64,000 nucleotides of DNA from an uncultured Planctomycetaceae bacterium (GCA_963785305.1 CAWAUV010000007.1:1600001-1664000), one strand, 5' to 3'. Positions 1 to 11,413 are shown, counted from the stretch's first letter. Notes: generated by a model not told the origin, from the sequence alone. Made by a program: numbers and translations.

Positions 1-52
1 GCCGTTCGACGACATCACGGTCGGCGGCGATCCGTCGTATCAATCAATCGAC

Positions 53-3000
53 TTGACGGATCACTTCGCTGGTAACGGGCAAGACGATGGGTCTCAATTA
101 ACATACAAAGTGATTTCCGGCGGCACGAGCGTGGTTTCGGCTACCATTGTGAACCAGCAACTTGATTTGCAGTTTCTCGGCGGGCAATCCGGCGAACAGA
201 CGATCACGATCGAAGCGGAAGATAGCTTCGATCAAACCGCAACCGCGCAACTGCAAGTTACCGTCGTCGGCCCACCGACGTCGACGCGGCAACTCCCCGG
301 CGTTGCCGTATTCGAAGGCGCGGATTCTCAAGATGTTTCGCTCGATGAATATTTCGAGGCGCAACAGCCCGCCGACGGGAGCGACGACAATACGCTCGCG
401 TATACGGCGACCGCCGCTAACGGAGACATCGTGGACGCCGATGTCAATGGTTCCGACTTGAATCTGAGCTTCGATGAACCGGGCAAGACGACGATTACCG
501 TCGTCGCCACGGACAGCTTCGGTCAATCCGTCTCTCAACCATTCAACGTGTTTGTCGACGCGACTCCGACGATCGCCTCGCTTAAAGCCAGCGCCTCGAG
601 CGTGCAGATCGGCGCCCAGTTCTCGCTGATCGCGAAAAACGTGAACGACGAAACAAGCGACATCGCTTCGGTCGCCTTCTTCCAAACAGACGACGATTCT
701 TCCGATCTTGATCTCGCTGACGCGACACTCTTGGGTTCGGGTATCCAGTCGGGAACCGACTGGACGTTATCGGGCGTGAGTCAAACCACCCTCGGCTCTG
801 AGACGTATTTCGCGATTGCCACCGACGCGATGGGAAATCCGAGCGACCCCCAGCAAGTCTCGGTCACAACGACATTGCCCCCACCGGTGATCGAGCCGCT
901 GCCGAGTGAACAAGTATCAGTTGGCAGCCCCTTGCAACTTACGGTGAGCGCCTCGGAGCCAACTGATTCCTATGATGACTCCGACAATATCGCCATAGGC
1001 TACAGCCTGGATCCGAGTTCCGCGTTCGGGGATAGCTTACCCTCCGGCGCCAGTATTGATGCTGGCAGCGGTGTTTTTTCCTGGACGCCAACCGCCGCGG
1101 ATGTCGGAACGCACTACATAACCGTGCGCGCTACCGCGAATGATTCGAGCCAGTCATCGTCCGCGACAAACGGAAGTTCGACGCACACTTTCGCAATCAC
1201 GGTCAACTCCGCGCAAATTCCGTCGATTTCGGCGGCGCTTATTCCGACGGCTCCGGATACAGTGGGTGAGTCGTTGGACACTGCGACCGGCAATTCATGG
1301 GACGGGGACTTGGCTTTCACATGGGGTGGAGACGAACCTACTTTTCCCGCCTACGTCGATTTCGAACTTGCAATTACCTTAGGCGGAACCGGCAACGATT
1401 CCTTGTCGTATTCCGTGGGTCAGATTACCGTGGCGAACGGCAGCAGCCCACCACCGGCCCCGACAGTGACATCCGATGGCGGGAACACGGCGACTCTAGA
1501 CTGGAATATTCCCACGCCGATGCAACCCGACGTCTACGGCGTTCCCGTCACGGTCAGCAGCAATGGAGTCGAAATAGTCGCGAAGATGCTTTATCTTGAA
1601 GTCGATTATGGGCAAGTGGACGAACTATGGGATCATGTCGACAGTCAGGGATTGGAAATTGCGGCATATGGGGATTACGCCGCGCCGACAGCGGCTGATT
1701 TGAGCCTGGCGACGCCAAGTGGGACACCGCTTTCCGCCTTGGCGATTTCTTATGAAAGCGGCATGGACTTTCCCCTTACGAACGAAAACGACATCATCTC
1801 CGAACCAAACAACGGAACGCTTTCGCGGAACACTTCGACCGGAGAATGGATTTATACACCGAATCCGGGATTCGTCGGCACGGACAGTTTCACTTATCAA
1901 ACCGATCAGTTGTTTCCAAGCAATCATCCGGAATACGACATTGTCGGTGGCCCCTACGTCAGCAATACCGCGACCGTCACCATAGATGTGACGGCAACCG
2001 GCCAACTCACGATGATTTCGCCATTGAACGTTCCCGATAACCTAAACCAAACCCCCGGCGGACTCATACCGGTTTACTCGCCCGACTTGAACGATCCGAA
2101 CACAGCGGACTTAGGTTGGCTTTCCATCGACATCCAACAACCCGGAGACAGCTATTTCAAACTTGCGACGAGCGGCGATGGTCTTGACTTTTACCAGATG
2201 ACCGGCGGCCAACTATCGCCTTTGCCGGACGGCTGGCTCGATTATAATTCCGGCGATTATTCGACTATTTACGTTGCGGGTGAATCCGCGAGTCAGTCCG
2301 TGGGCGATGACACGATCACGTTGAACTGGTCGAATTCGGCGGACGGCTCATCGCCAATCGAGCTCGACACATTGGCCCTTACCGTCGTCCAGGGCGCTTT
2401 GGAAGTGGAGCCGACCGATGGACAAAGTGACGGCGCGGCGGCTCACACCTCGCAGGGCATGCTCCTGCCCATCAATAGTGCGGGCAACCAGCCGCAACTC
2501 GTGCCATTGATCTTGAACGAACTGTCGCCGGCCAAGGGAGGGGCGTACAGTTTGGAGTTCACCGGTGGTATAACCGTCTATCAAGATGCCGATGGCTCGC
2601 AGCCGGTTGTCGGCTTGAATCAATATAGCCCATATGGCGCGACGCGATTCGCCACCAGCCAGCAAACAACGCTGTACGTCGAAGGAACTTCCACCGGCGA
2701 CGCCTCGATCAGTTTGATTTGGTCATCGATCCCGGTCGACGATTCGGCAATCGACAACGCTCCGCAAGCACAATTCACGCTCGACACGGTCAATTTCGAC
2801 GTGGTGAATGGCTCGCTGTCCATCGCTTCTCCCGGACAAGAATCCCCCGGTCTCTCCGGGTATCAAGTAGTCAATCCCGGCGGCTTTGTTCCGGTTCACG
2901 TGCCGGGCATTACGACTCCGGCCGGAGCGACGGTATCCGCAAGCAGCGATCAGGCGACTTTGACTCTCTGGCTGCCTCCCACGACGGATGCCGGCGCCTA

Positions 3001-4045
3001 TTACACGCTGACCTTCGACTCCAGTCAAGTCAAAGTCTGGACGACTTCAACGGACGAAACCGACGACGATGACGGCGACGCGAATTCGGATGATGAAGTA
3101 CAAAGCGACGAAACTCAGTTCCAACCCGGCACGGGAATAACGTCGCAAGTCACGCTGTATATCGAAGGCATTTCGGCCAGCGATAACCTTAGGGACGTGA
3201 GTTTTTCGCTCAACTACGTCCTACCTGCCGACAGCGACTCGGACGGCGGCGGCTCGGGCGGAAGCGGCTCGGGCGGGGATGACGAGTCGGGTGGCGATTC
3301 CGGCGATGGGAATCAATCCGTGGTCGTGAGCAAGGCCAATCTGACTGTGGTTCAAGGCAGTCTCACCGTCGTCGCGCCGGATGGCACGACCTATACCGAC
3401 CAGGACAATGATCCGAGCGACGCCTATCGCACGACCCCCGGCGCGTTGTTTCAGCTTCAACTCGGGAGCATCGATCCCGAGAGCGCCGGCGGCATGTATG
3501 AGCTGAATTTCGACTCCAGCGACGTACAAGTCTGGCTCGACCCGGACCGCCAACAGCCGGTCATCAGCGGCTCGACCTTGCTCGATGCTTCGCAATTGAA
3601 TTCGCTCTATGCCGCCCTCACCGGCGCCGCGCTCACGGACAACGCGAATAGCGACGTCGACGACGGACTGCCGCCGTTGCAAGGAATCCAACTGCTGTGG
3701 ACGCCAGACCCTGTTACTTCCTCAGGCTCTTCTCTCGACGAATCCTATGGCGGCAGCCAAGACGTTGCCGGTAGTTGGGCCAGTAGTAGCTCGGAAAGCG
3801 GCGGTGGCGCCGGCATGCCGAGCTACGGCGGGCAAAACGGCCCGTATCAGATCGGCTGGATGCCCGTCGACTTGGTCAAAGTCGGGCTGGAGCAATCGTC
3901 GCTCACCGTCACCGCCACCGACCAATATGCGCAAGCGCCACCGAGGGCGACACCGGGACGGATACCGCGACTTTCGTATTCAGCCGCGGCGAGCAGTACA
4001 CCTCGGGCGCCGTCAACATCACGTTCACGATCAACTCATCGCTGA
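53..4045 (+). CDS. N-terminal part of a giant acidic surface/adhesin-Rhs protein (cadherin/Ig-like, He_PIG-like and Big_9-like domains). The frame is open from the window edge and continues by frameshift at ~3930 into the 4105 ORF.
   Basis: Motifs LPSGASIDAGSGVFSWTP and NGTLS..W.YTPNPGFVGTDSFTY; D/S/T/G-rich. The shifted frame after ~3930 reads ASATEGDTGTDTATFVFSRGE (Calx-beta-like) and runs into the next ORF. Confidence 0.8.
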   Translation: MTDHFAGNGQDDGSQLTYKVISGGTSVVSATIVNQQLDLQFLGGQSGEQTITIEAEDSFDQTATAQLQVTVVGPPTSTRQLPGVAVFEGADSQDVSLDEYFEAQQPADGSDDNTLAYTATAANGDIVDADVNGSDLNLSFDEPGKTTITVVATDSFGQSVSQPFNVFVDATPTIASLKASASSVQIGAQFSLIAKNVNDETSDIASVAFFQTDDDSSDLDLADATLLGSGIQSGTDWTLSGVSQTTLGSETYFAIATDAMGNPSDPQQVSVTTTLPPPVIEPLPSEQVSVGSPLQLTVSASEPTDSYDDSDNIAIGYSLDPSSAFGDSLPSGASIDAGSGVFSWTPTAADVGTHYITVRATANDSSQSSSATNGSSTHTFAITVNSAQIPSISAALIPTAPDTVGESLDTATGNSWDGDLAFTWGGDEPTFPAYVDFELAITLGGTGNDSLSYSVGQITVANGSSPPPAPTVTSDGGNTATLDWNIPTPMQPDVYGVPVTVSSNGVEIVAKMLYLEVDYGQVDELWDHVDSQGLEIAAYGDYAAPTAADLSLATPSGTPLSALAISYESGMDFPLTNENDIISEPNNGTLSRNTSTGEWIYTPNPGFVGTDSFTYQTDQLFPSNHPEYDIVGGPYVSNTATVTIDVTATGQLTMISPLNVPDNLNQTPGGLIPVYSPDLNDPNTADLGWLSIDIQQPGDSYFKLATSGDGLDFYQMTGGQLSPLPDGWLDYNSGDYSTIYVAGESASQSVGDDTITLNWSNSADGSSPIELDTLALTVVQGALEVEPTDGQSDGAAAHTSQGMLLPINSAGNQPQLVPLILNELSPAKGGAYSLEFTGGITVYQDADGSQPVVGLNQYSPYGATRFATSQQTTLYVEGTSTGDASISLIWSSIPVDDSAIDNAPQAQFTLDTVNFDVVNGSLSIASPGQESPGLSGYQVVNPGGFVPVHVPGITTPAGATVSASSDQATLTLWLPPTTDAGAYYTLTFDSSQVKVWTTSTDETDDDDGDANSDDEVQSDETQFQPGTGITSQVTLYIEGISASDNLRDVSFSLNYVLPADSDSDGGGSGGSGSGGDDESGGDSGDGNQSVVVSKANLTVVQGSLTVVAPDGTTYTDQDNDPSDAYRTTPGALFQLQLGSIDPESAGGMYELNFDSSDVQVWLDPDRQQPVISGSTLLDASQLNSLYAALTGAALTDNANSDVDDGLPPLQGIQLLWTPDPVTSSGSSLDESYGGSQDVAGSWASSSSESGGGAGMPSYGGQNGPYQIGWMPVDLVKVGLEQSSLTVTATDQYAQAPPRATPGRIPRLSYSAAASSTPRAPSTSRSRSTHR

Positions 4046-4104
4046 CCGACGCCGCGCAGCCGGGCGTCGACTTCGATTTCGAGGGACTCGGCAACTTCGG
4101 GGGT

Positions 4105-7100
4105 TTGGTCTCCGGCGATGGGACTTCCGACGACACCGATACCGATGATGATACCGCGACCGAATACACCATTACCATTCCAGCCGGCTGGTCCAGCGTT
4201 CAACTCATCGCCATTCCCCTGGGAGTCGATGGCCCCGCCTGGGACAAGACGATCCAGATCGAACTCCAGAGCGACAACCAGCCCGATTTCTATCTGCTGG
4301 GCGATCAAGGCGATGACGATTCGTCTGGCGCAAGCGGTGATGAAGATGGGAGCGAAGACGCCGACTATAGCGGCGACGCCGCCAGCGACGGGATGCAAGC
4401 CACGGCCTACATTCTCAATCAAGACGGCATCGGCGGCCAGGTGGATCAAAACGTCGACGCCTCCAGCACCGGCCAAACGGAGGCCACCATCAGCCAAGGA
4501 GCGGTGACCGTCGGTCTTCAGCAGGGGGATGTCTCTTACAGTCTGCCGGGACCTGACGGCGGCTTGACGCCGACCTACACCGGCGACACCAGCGTTGTTC
4601 CTCTCGTGTCCGTCGAAATGACCTTACCCGACGATGCCGGCGATCCGAGTTCCGTGTCGGCGCAGCTTACGCTCTACGACGCCGAAGATGACATGCGGCT
4701 TACCAACTCGGCAAGTTTCTCCACGGGGAATGTTCCGGCGTCCGGCGGGGCGCTCGACTTCGTTCTCCAAGGCAGCCAACAGATCGCCGATGAGCTCGCC
4801 AGCGGGAATTACGACTACACGGTGCGGTTCTCGTTCGATATCGACGGCGAGACGCACATCCGCACCGTGACCGGCTCGACGCAGATCATCAATCTGACGA
4901 ACAATTCCGTCGGCGCCAGCCAACTCGGCGCCGGCTGGTCCATTGATTCCCTTCAGAGCCTAATTCCCGACGATGGCTCCGCGTCGCCGCTCGCCGACAA
5001 TGGCCTCGTCGTGCCGACCGGCATGGCGCTCATCCGCGGCGACGGCACGGCGGCGTATTTCTCGGGCACGCCCAATTACAACGACGCCAACAGCGTAACC
5101 CTGAGCACCTCCGATTGGTCACGGGCGCAGGCGTCCGCGGGCTTGGCCAACGAGGAGAATGGCTATGGCGATGGAACCGATTCGCCCGTCACGATTTCCG
5201 AAAATCAGGGCACAATGACCACCACCGGCGACTGGCAGATCGGCACCGACGCCGGCTCGCCCTATCTCTATAGCGACGACGACAACCCCGCCACGGCCAC
5301 TTGGACCGTCAATGGGCTCGGTAGCGGTCGTCAATATCAAGTGCTCGTCTCTTGGAATCCCGGTCTCGATCGGACCGAGGACGCCCCCTATTTCGTCTCG
5401 GGCGCCGACGAACTGAACATGCCCGATAATGGGCCGGTGCGTTTCGACTTCAATCAGCAACAAACGCCCGGCCAGATCTACGAATACGATGGTCAGTATT
5501 ATCGGAGCCTGGGCTTTTATACACTCGAGCCCGGCGATCAGTCGTTGTCGGTAGAGCTCGACACCTCGCAATCCAGCGATGGAGGCGCCAACCAGGAGTT
5601 CGTCGCCGGCTCGCTGCTGGTGCTGGCCAATGCCTCGGGATTCGGCGATAACTCCCAGACCACGTTTACCACGCCGGCCGGCAGCCATCTGAACGAGCCG
5701 CTGACCTACAACGCCGCGGCCACCACCAGCTCGGGCGACACCTTTACCTACACCGACAAGGATGGCACGCAGTACACTTTCGATTACCTCGGCCGCCTCG
5801 TGGACACCACCGATCGCGACAACAACAACACCGTCTATGCCTACAGCACTCAAGTCGGTCCCGACGGGCATTACGACCTGCTCGCTTCCATCACGCAGCA
5901 AGGCGGCGTCGAAACCGTTTATGATTACGACGGTGACGGGTATCTGGAGAGCATCACCGACGCCGCCGGCCTCGTATCCACGTTCGACGCGAGTGGCGGC
6001 GAATTGAGCTCGTACAGCGCTCCCAACCCCGGCGCCGGCGGCGATGCCGCGCCGGAAACGATGTCCTTCGGTTACACCGGCGCCACGGATTCGCTGGCGT
6101 CGATCACCGATGGCGACGGAAACACCACCACGCTCAACTACGGTTCCGATGGCCGGCTTAAGGGCGGAAGCAACGCCGATGGCGGCTCGTGGTCGTTTAC
6201 CTCGATGCTCGATAGCGGCCTCGATCAGATCGACGCCGCGCCCGAGGGCGATGTCGGCGACGACTCCGACGAGCCCGAGGCCGAGTTCACCGATCCGCTG
6301 GGCAACACGTCCTACTATCAAACCGATGTCTACGGCCTGCTCACCGCCCAGGCTGATCCCACCGGCGCCGTCTGGACGTGGCAGCGCCAAGATCCAACCA
6401 CTCCGGCCGATGAACTGGGCACATCGTACTTCGGCGGCAATGGCGGCGACGACGACGGCTTACCCACGTCGAGCGTCGAGCCGGCGGGCGGCGGAGGGAC
6501 GAATGCGCTGGGCGCCCTCACCACCACCTATCGATATGATTCGCAAGGCAACTTGATCGAAACCGACTATCCCGACAACTCCGGCGATCCCGACGGGCTG
6601 ACGGAGTCGTGGTCCTACGGAATCGACAGCCAGCTTGTTTACCACGACGATCCGGCCGGCATTGCCACCAGTTATTCGCTCGACGCGAACGGCGACGTGA
6701 CCAGCCAGACCGTGGGCAACACGATCACCACCTTCACCTACACGCCCGCCCCGGCCGGCCCCGGCGATCTCGACTCGCTGCCGGGCGGCCTCGTCACCAG
6801 CGAGACGGTCTCTTCGTCGAACGATGGCTCCGAGGACGCCTCGGAAACAACCACCGCGTATTACACTCCGGGCGACGCTCCCAACCTGATGAGCATCGGC
6901 CAGCCCGAGACGGTCGTCGCGGGCATTGGAATTCTGTCCAACGGTCAGGTCGATCCCGCCCAGCAAGGCGTGGTCACCAATTACACCTATGACACCAACG
7001 GCAACCTCGCCACCTCGACGCTCGTCATGAACGCCGCCCCCAACGGGGCCGCCACAGGGCTGGCCAACCGCGTGACCGCCTATGTCTACGACGCGCTCGG

Positions 7101-10100
7101 CCAACTGGTGAGCAAAACCGAGCCCGATCCCGCCACCGGCCTTCCCACCGGCCCGACCACGACCTACGCCTACGACGGCGCCTGCAACCAAATCAGCGTG
7201 ACCGATGCGCTCGGCAACACCACGAAATACGTCTACGACCCGATGGGCCGATTGACGCAAACCATCCAACCGACTCCCGGCGGAGCGCCTGGCGCCTCCC
7301 AGGCGAATCCCACCACGGTCAACGTCTACGATCTCGACGGCAACCTGACCAAGTCGATCGATGCCGACGGCAACTCGACCAAGTACACCTACGACGCCGA
7401 CGGCAATAAAGCGACCGAAACCGATCCCAACGGCGGCCTGACGATCTTCACTCACGACGCGCTCGGCGAACTGATCAGTCAGACCGATCCGCGCGGCATC
7501 GAGACCACCTGCGCCTACGACGCCCAGGGCAACCAGACCCAAGTCACCACCGACGCGGGCGGTCCACTCCAAGCCACCACCACCACCCAGTACAACGGCG
7601 ACGGCCAAGCGACCCAGGTCACCGCGCCGGGTCCCAATGGCGTCTCCGACATCACCACCTATCTCTACGACAATCAAGGCGAGCTGGAGACCGAGACCAA
7701 TCCCGATCCGCTCAATGGACAAGCCGACGGCGGCAGCCCCACCAAGACGTTCACCTACGACGCCTTGGGCGACGTGACGAGCGAGACGCGAACCAACGCC
7801 GCGCCCGAGGGCGGCGCGGTCGCCATCGCCAGCCTCGCCACCGCCTATCTCTACAACGCCCTCGGCCAACTGGTCAGCCAGACCGATCCCGATCCGTCCA
7901 CCGGCCAAGACGATTCGGGCAGCCCGGTGACGACCTACGCCTACGACAACGCCGGCGACGTGCTGACCACCACCGTCGCCGCGGCGGCCACCGGCAATTC
8001 CCCGGCCATTTCGCGCACCACGACCGACACCTACGACGCCGATGGCAACCTCGTCGAAGCGGTGGGCCCGGCCCCGGGCGCGGCGGGCGAAGTCGCGTCC
8101 GACGTGATTTACGGCTACAACGCCGATGGCGAAATGACCTCGGAGAAGGACGAGGTCGCAACGTCCCTCGGCAACACCACCTGGGCCACCACCACGTTCG
8201 CCTTCGACAACCTCGGCCGCCAGTGGCAGACCATCGCCCCGCCGCTCGCCAGCGGCGCCGACGCGGGCCTGTCGCCCGAAACCGAAACCGTTTACGACCC
8301 CGATGGCAACGTGCTGCAAAGCCAAACCCTGACCGCGCCCAACACCTGGGCCACCACCATCGACGCGTACGACCCCAACGGCAACCTGCTGACCCAGACC
8401 GACCCCGACGGCGACAAGACCACCTACACCTACGACGCCGACGGCAACCAAACCAGCGTCACCGACCCGGACGGCAATAAGACGACGTTTACGTACAATT
8501 CCCAGAACGAGCTTTCCGGCGAGTCTCGCTATACGTACGAAAGCCCCTCCGCCCCGAATGTGTTGGTGAGCGAGAGCTTTTCATACGACAACGCCGGCGA
8601 CCTGACCAGCGAGACCAATTTCGACGGGCAGACGATCAACTACACCCACGACCAAGCCGGGAACGTGACGAGCGCGTCGAGCGGCGGCGTTACTTACAGT
8701 TATGCCTACGATTTGCTTGGCGACATGCTCAGCGCCGCCGGCACGACCGGAACCGAAACGCTGGTCTACAACGCCGACGGCGAGGCGACCGCCGATTCGT
8801 TCACCGGCAACGGTTACAATGGACCGGTCACGCTCACGAACACGTACGATCCGCTTGGCGAGCGGACCACGAGTTCGCTCACGCTCGGCGGCGTGGCCGA
8901 CTACGTGAACAGCTATTCTTACGACGGCGCCGGCAACGAAACGGGCGTCGCGCAGCAAGGCCAAGCCGGCGGCGATTATGTGGCGCCGAAGAGCGCCCTC
9001 ATGACCTACGACACCGCCGGCGACTTGCTCGGCGTGACCCGTTACAACGGGGCGAACGCCAGCAGCCCGATCGTCGCGTCCAGCGCTTACAAGTATGACG
9101 CCAACGGCAACCTCGCGAGCCTCGTCGACACGGCGCAAGGCGCCACGCTTGCCGGTTATGCCTGGAGCTACAACGTGCAAGGCGAGGTGGCCGCGTTCAC
9201 CAACAGCCAGCACGCCGGCGAAAACCTCATCTACGGCTACGACGCCGCGGGCCAGCTCGATGGCGTGACGGGCGTCAACGATCCCTCGCTCGATGAAGGT
9301 TATGTCTTCGACGCCAACGGCAACCGCCAATCAGCGACCACCGACGCGACGACCGCCGGCTCGTCGAGCGGCGCGAACAACATGCTAATCACCGACGGCA
9401 CGTACACATACCAGTACGACGCCGAAGGCAACCGCATCGAAGAGACCAGCATCGCCACCGGCGCGTACACGACCTATGCCTACGACTTCCTCCAGCAACT
9501 CACGACCGTCACCAGCTACACGAGCGCCGGCGCGGTGACGCAGACGGTGAACTACACCTACGACGCCCAGGGCCGGCAAATCTCGGAGACCGTCTCAGTG
9601 GCCGGCGGCGCCACGACCACGACCAAGTTCATCTACGATGGCGAAAACATCGTCGCGACTTTGGATGGAACCAACGCGCTGACGAACCGGTATTTGGATG
9701 GCCCGTCCGTCGATCAAGTCTTCGCCGACGAGCAATTCACGCCAACGAGCGCGGGCCAAATGCCAAGCGCCGCCGGCGCGACGATTTGGCCCTTGGTGGA
9801 CAACCAGGGGACGGACCGCGACTTGGTGGAGTATAATGCGACCACCGGCGTCACAAGCGTCGTCGATCACGTCGCGTATAATAGTTTTGGAGCCGTTACG
9901 AATGAAATGAACGCCGCGATCGATTACCTCTTCGGCTACACCGGCTTCGTGCGAGATTTGGCGACCGGCCTCGACCAAAGCCAGTCGCGAGAATACGATC
10001 CCCTCGACGGTGTCTGGACCCAACAAGACCCGATCGGCTTCGCGGGCGGACAAGCAAATTTGAGGCGCGTATGTCGGCAATGGGCCGACGGATGGGACGG

Positions 10101-10182
10101 ACCCGAGCGGGAACGCCGAGATCGATTGGAACGCCGTGCTGCAAAAGTCGTCGGCGGCTTCGAACGTTCGCGTCGTCGGTGA
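4105..10182 (+). CDS. Rhs/YD-repeat core of the giant protein; frameshift at ~10065 just before the DPxG cleavage motif
   Basis: Dozens of YD repeats; core end FGYTGFVRDLATGLDQSQSREYDPLDGVWTQQDPIGFAGG. The shifted frame gives AYVGNGPTDGTDPSG, in frame with 10136..11056. Confidence 0.93.
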   Translation: MVSGDGTSDDTDTDDDTATEYTITIPAGWSSVQLIAIPLGVDGPAWDKTIQIELQSDNQPDFYLLGDQGDDDSSGASGDEDGSEDADYSGDAASDGMQATAYILNQDGIGGQVDQNVDASSTGQTEATISQGAVTVGLQQGDVSYSLPGPDGGLTPTYTGDTSVVPLVSVEMTLPDDAGDPSSVSAQLTLYDAEDDMRLTNSASFSTGNVPASGGALDFVLQGSQQIADELASGNYDYTVRFSFDIDGETHIRTVTGSTQIINLTNNSVGASQLGAGWSIDSLQSLIPDDGSASPLADNGLVVPTGMALIRGDGTAAYFSGTPNYNDANSVTLSTSDWSRAQASAGLANEENGYGDGTDSPVTISENQGTMTTTGDWQIGTDAGSPYLYSDDDNPATATWTVNGLGSGRQYQVLVSWNPGLDRTEDAPYFVSGADELNMPDNGPVRFDFNQQQTPGQIYEYDGQYYRSLGFYTLEPGDQSLSVELDTSQSSDGGANQEFVAGSLLVLANASGFGDNSQTTFTTPAGSHLNEPLTYNAAATTSSGDTFTYTDKDGTQYTFDYLGRLVDTTDRDNNNTVYAYSTQVGPDGHYDLLASITQQGGVETVYDYDGDGYLESITDAAGLVSTFDASGGELSSYSAPNPGAGGDAAPETMSFGYTGATDSLASITDGDGNTTTLNYGSDGRLKGGSNADGGSWSFTSMLDSGLDQIDAAPEGDVGDDSDEPEAEFTDPLGNTSYYQTDVYGLLTAQADPTGAVWTWQRQDPTTPADELGTSYFGGNGGDDDGLPTSSVEPAGGGGTNALGALTTTYRYDSQGNLIETDYPDNSGDPDGLTESWSYGIDSQLVYHDDPAGIATSYSLDANGDVTSQTVGNTITTFTYTPAPAGPGDLDSLPGGLVTSETVSSSNDGSEDASETTTAYYTPGDAPNLMSIGQPETVVAGIGILSNGQVDPAQQGVVTNYTYDTNGNLATSTLVMNAAPNGAATGLANRVTAYVYDALGQLVSKTEPDPATGLPTGPTTTYAYDGACNQISVTDALGNTTKYVYDPMGRLTQTIQPTPGGAPGASQANPTTVNVYDLDGNLTKSIDADGNSTKYTYDADGNKATETDPNGGLTIFTHDALGELISQTDPRGIETTCAYDAQGNQTQVTTDAGGPLQATTTTQYNGDGQATQVTAPGPNGVSDITTYLYDNQGELETETNPDPLNGQADGGSPTKTFTYDALGDVTSETRTNAAPEGGAVAIASLATAYLYNALGQLVSQTDPDPSTGQDDSGSPVTTYAYDNAGDVLTTTVAAAATGNSPAISRTTTDTYDADGNLVEAVGPAPGAAGEVASDVIYGYNADGEMTSEKDEVATSLGNTTWATTTFAFDNLGRQWQTIAPPLASGADAGLSPETETVYDPDGNVLQSQTLTAPNTWATTIDAYDPNGNLLTQTDPDGDKTTYTYDADGNQTSVTDPDGNKTTFTYNSQNELSGESRYTYESPSAPNVLVSESFSYDNAGDLTSETNFDGQTINYTHDQAGNVTSASSGGVTYSYAYDLLGDMLSAAGTTGTETLVYNADGEATADSFTGNGYNGPVTLTNTYDPLGERTTSSLTLGGVADYVNSYSYDGAGNETGVAQQGQAGGDYVAPKSALMTYDTAGDLLGVTRYNGANASSPIVASSAYKYDANGNLASLVDTAQGATLAGYAWSYNVQGEVAAFTNSQHAGENLIYGYDAAGQLDGVTGVNDPSLDEGYVFDANGNRQSATTDATTAGSSSGANNMLITDGTYTYQYDAEGNRIEETSIATGAYTTYAYDFLQQLTTVTSYTSAGAVTQTVNYTYDAQGRQISETVSVAGGATTTTKFIYDGENIVATLDGTNALTNRYLDGPSVDQVFADEQFTPTSAGQMPSAAGATIWPLVDNQGTDRDLVEYNATTGVTSVVDHVAYNSFGAVTNEMNAAIDYLFGYTGFVRDLATGLDQSQSREYDPLDGVWTQQDPIGFAGGQANLRRVCRQWADGWDGPERERRDRLERRAAKVVGGFERSRRR

Positions 10183-11056
10183 AAACGAACTTGCGCCCGC
10201 GAAACTCGATTTGATGTTCGGCGAAACGCCGTACAACGCCGCGAGCTTGGTCATGTATGGCCGCGCTCATGCGGACGAACAAATTATCAATGATGGTTCG
10301 ATAGCGGCGGAAAGCTTCGGTTACATTAAATTTGGCCAACAACAAGGCATGCAAGGGTCGCACGATTGGATGCGGCCCGGCTATTACGATGAGTTTGGAT
10401 GGCATCAAACCTTCTGCATGTCGTGTCATGATGCGTCGAACCCCGCGTCGATGATGAAACGCGGAGCCGCCAACGCAACGATGTCGACATGGGGACCGCA
10501 GCTCGGAATAATCGCGACGGCGATTGCAACATCGCTCGTTCCGGCGGAAGCGTTGGGAGCCGGGGTTGAAATTGCTGGAGCCGAAGCGGTTTCTAGCGGC
10601 GTTGTTGATGCGGGTAATGCCGCAAGAAGTGGGCTGAACATACTAAACCGTGCGTTCGCGCCAAATACAACTGCGTTGAACAAGGTCACGGCGTTCGACT
10701 TCTATACGGGTGAAGCTGGATTTTCAGCCAGCGACGCCATCAACCATATGCGGGGTATCGATTTTGCAAGGCCGGTCACCCCAGTTACGATTCCATATGG
10801 AAGTCTCGCGCAACAATATGCGGGGCCAAACGGCGTCGGCAGGTATTTTTCGCCGGTCGGCGCGACCCCATTAGAGATTGGCATCACCCCGGCAGGTAGA
10901 ACACAAATGTTGTTCCAGAGCATGGGAGAAACACGTGCGCTGGAATCATTCGCGAGACCCGATTATGTTTACCCAACCGGAACGGTTCCCGGGGCCGGCG
11001 GCGCACTCCAGTACTTCGTCCCCAAACGAGGAGTGTTCACTCCGATCTGTCGATGA
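10136..11056 (+). CDS. C-terminal toxin region of the full-length Rhs, Ntox46-like
   Basis: HMRGIDFARPV...QQY...GRYF...TPLEIGI...GGALQYF resembles Ntox46; follows DPSG; lower GC. Confidence 0.7.
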   Translation: MLQKSSAASNVRVVGENELAPAKLDLMFGETPYNAASLVMYGRAHADEQIINDGSIAAESFGYIKFGQQQGMQGSHDWMRPGYYDEFGWHQTFCMSCHDASNPASMMKRGAANATMSTWGPQLGIIATAIATSLVPAEALGAGVEIAGAEAVSSGVVDAGNAARSGLNILNRAFAPNTTALNKVTAFDFYTGEAGFSASDAINHMRGIDFARPVTPVTIPYGSLAQQYAGPNGVGRYFSPVGATPLEIGITPAGRTQMLFQSMGETRALESFARPDYVYPTGTVPGAGGALQYFVPKRGVFTPICR

Positions 11057-11083
11057 TAATTCCGAAACAACAGGGATTGCACC

Positions 11084-11404
11084 ATGCAAGGGCCTCAACC
11101 TACCGGCACGTTTAACGGACTTTCAGAATTTTCGCCTTGGGAGGATGGAAAGCTCTCGCGCGGAACGCGGTATCGTGTGATAAAAGAGTTTATCGATTTC
11201 GATGGCGACGTGCATCCAATTGGAGAAGAATGGGCCTTCGTCGCTAGCATCTTCTCCCCGTACGACGAGCTCCTACTGATCGGCGTTCGACTGCCGTCCG
11301 GGGAGGAATGGAAAATCCTCTTGAGCGCGACGGCAGAGGCTCAACATGCGGTTATTGAGAATATCTTGCGCTATGTAGCACCAATTTCAAGCCAGGGGAC
11401 ATGA
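11084..11404 (+). CDS. Immunity protein, DUF3601-like
   Basis: LSRGTRYRVIKEFIDFDGDVHPIGEEWAF...FSPYD; directly downstream of the toxin. Confidence 0.7.
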   Translation: MQGPQPTGTFNGLSEFSPWEDGKLSRGTRYRVIKEFIDFDGDVHPIGEEWAFVASIFSPYDELLLIGVRLPSGEEWKILLSATAEAQHAVIENILRYVAPISSQGT

Positions 11405-11413
11405 ACGGGGCCT

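Noticed and set aside
5119..9330. Long antisense ORFs over the Rhs, IS and RT genes
   Set aside because: Shadow ORFs from high-GC codon bias, with no recognisable motifs.
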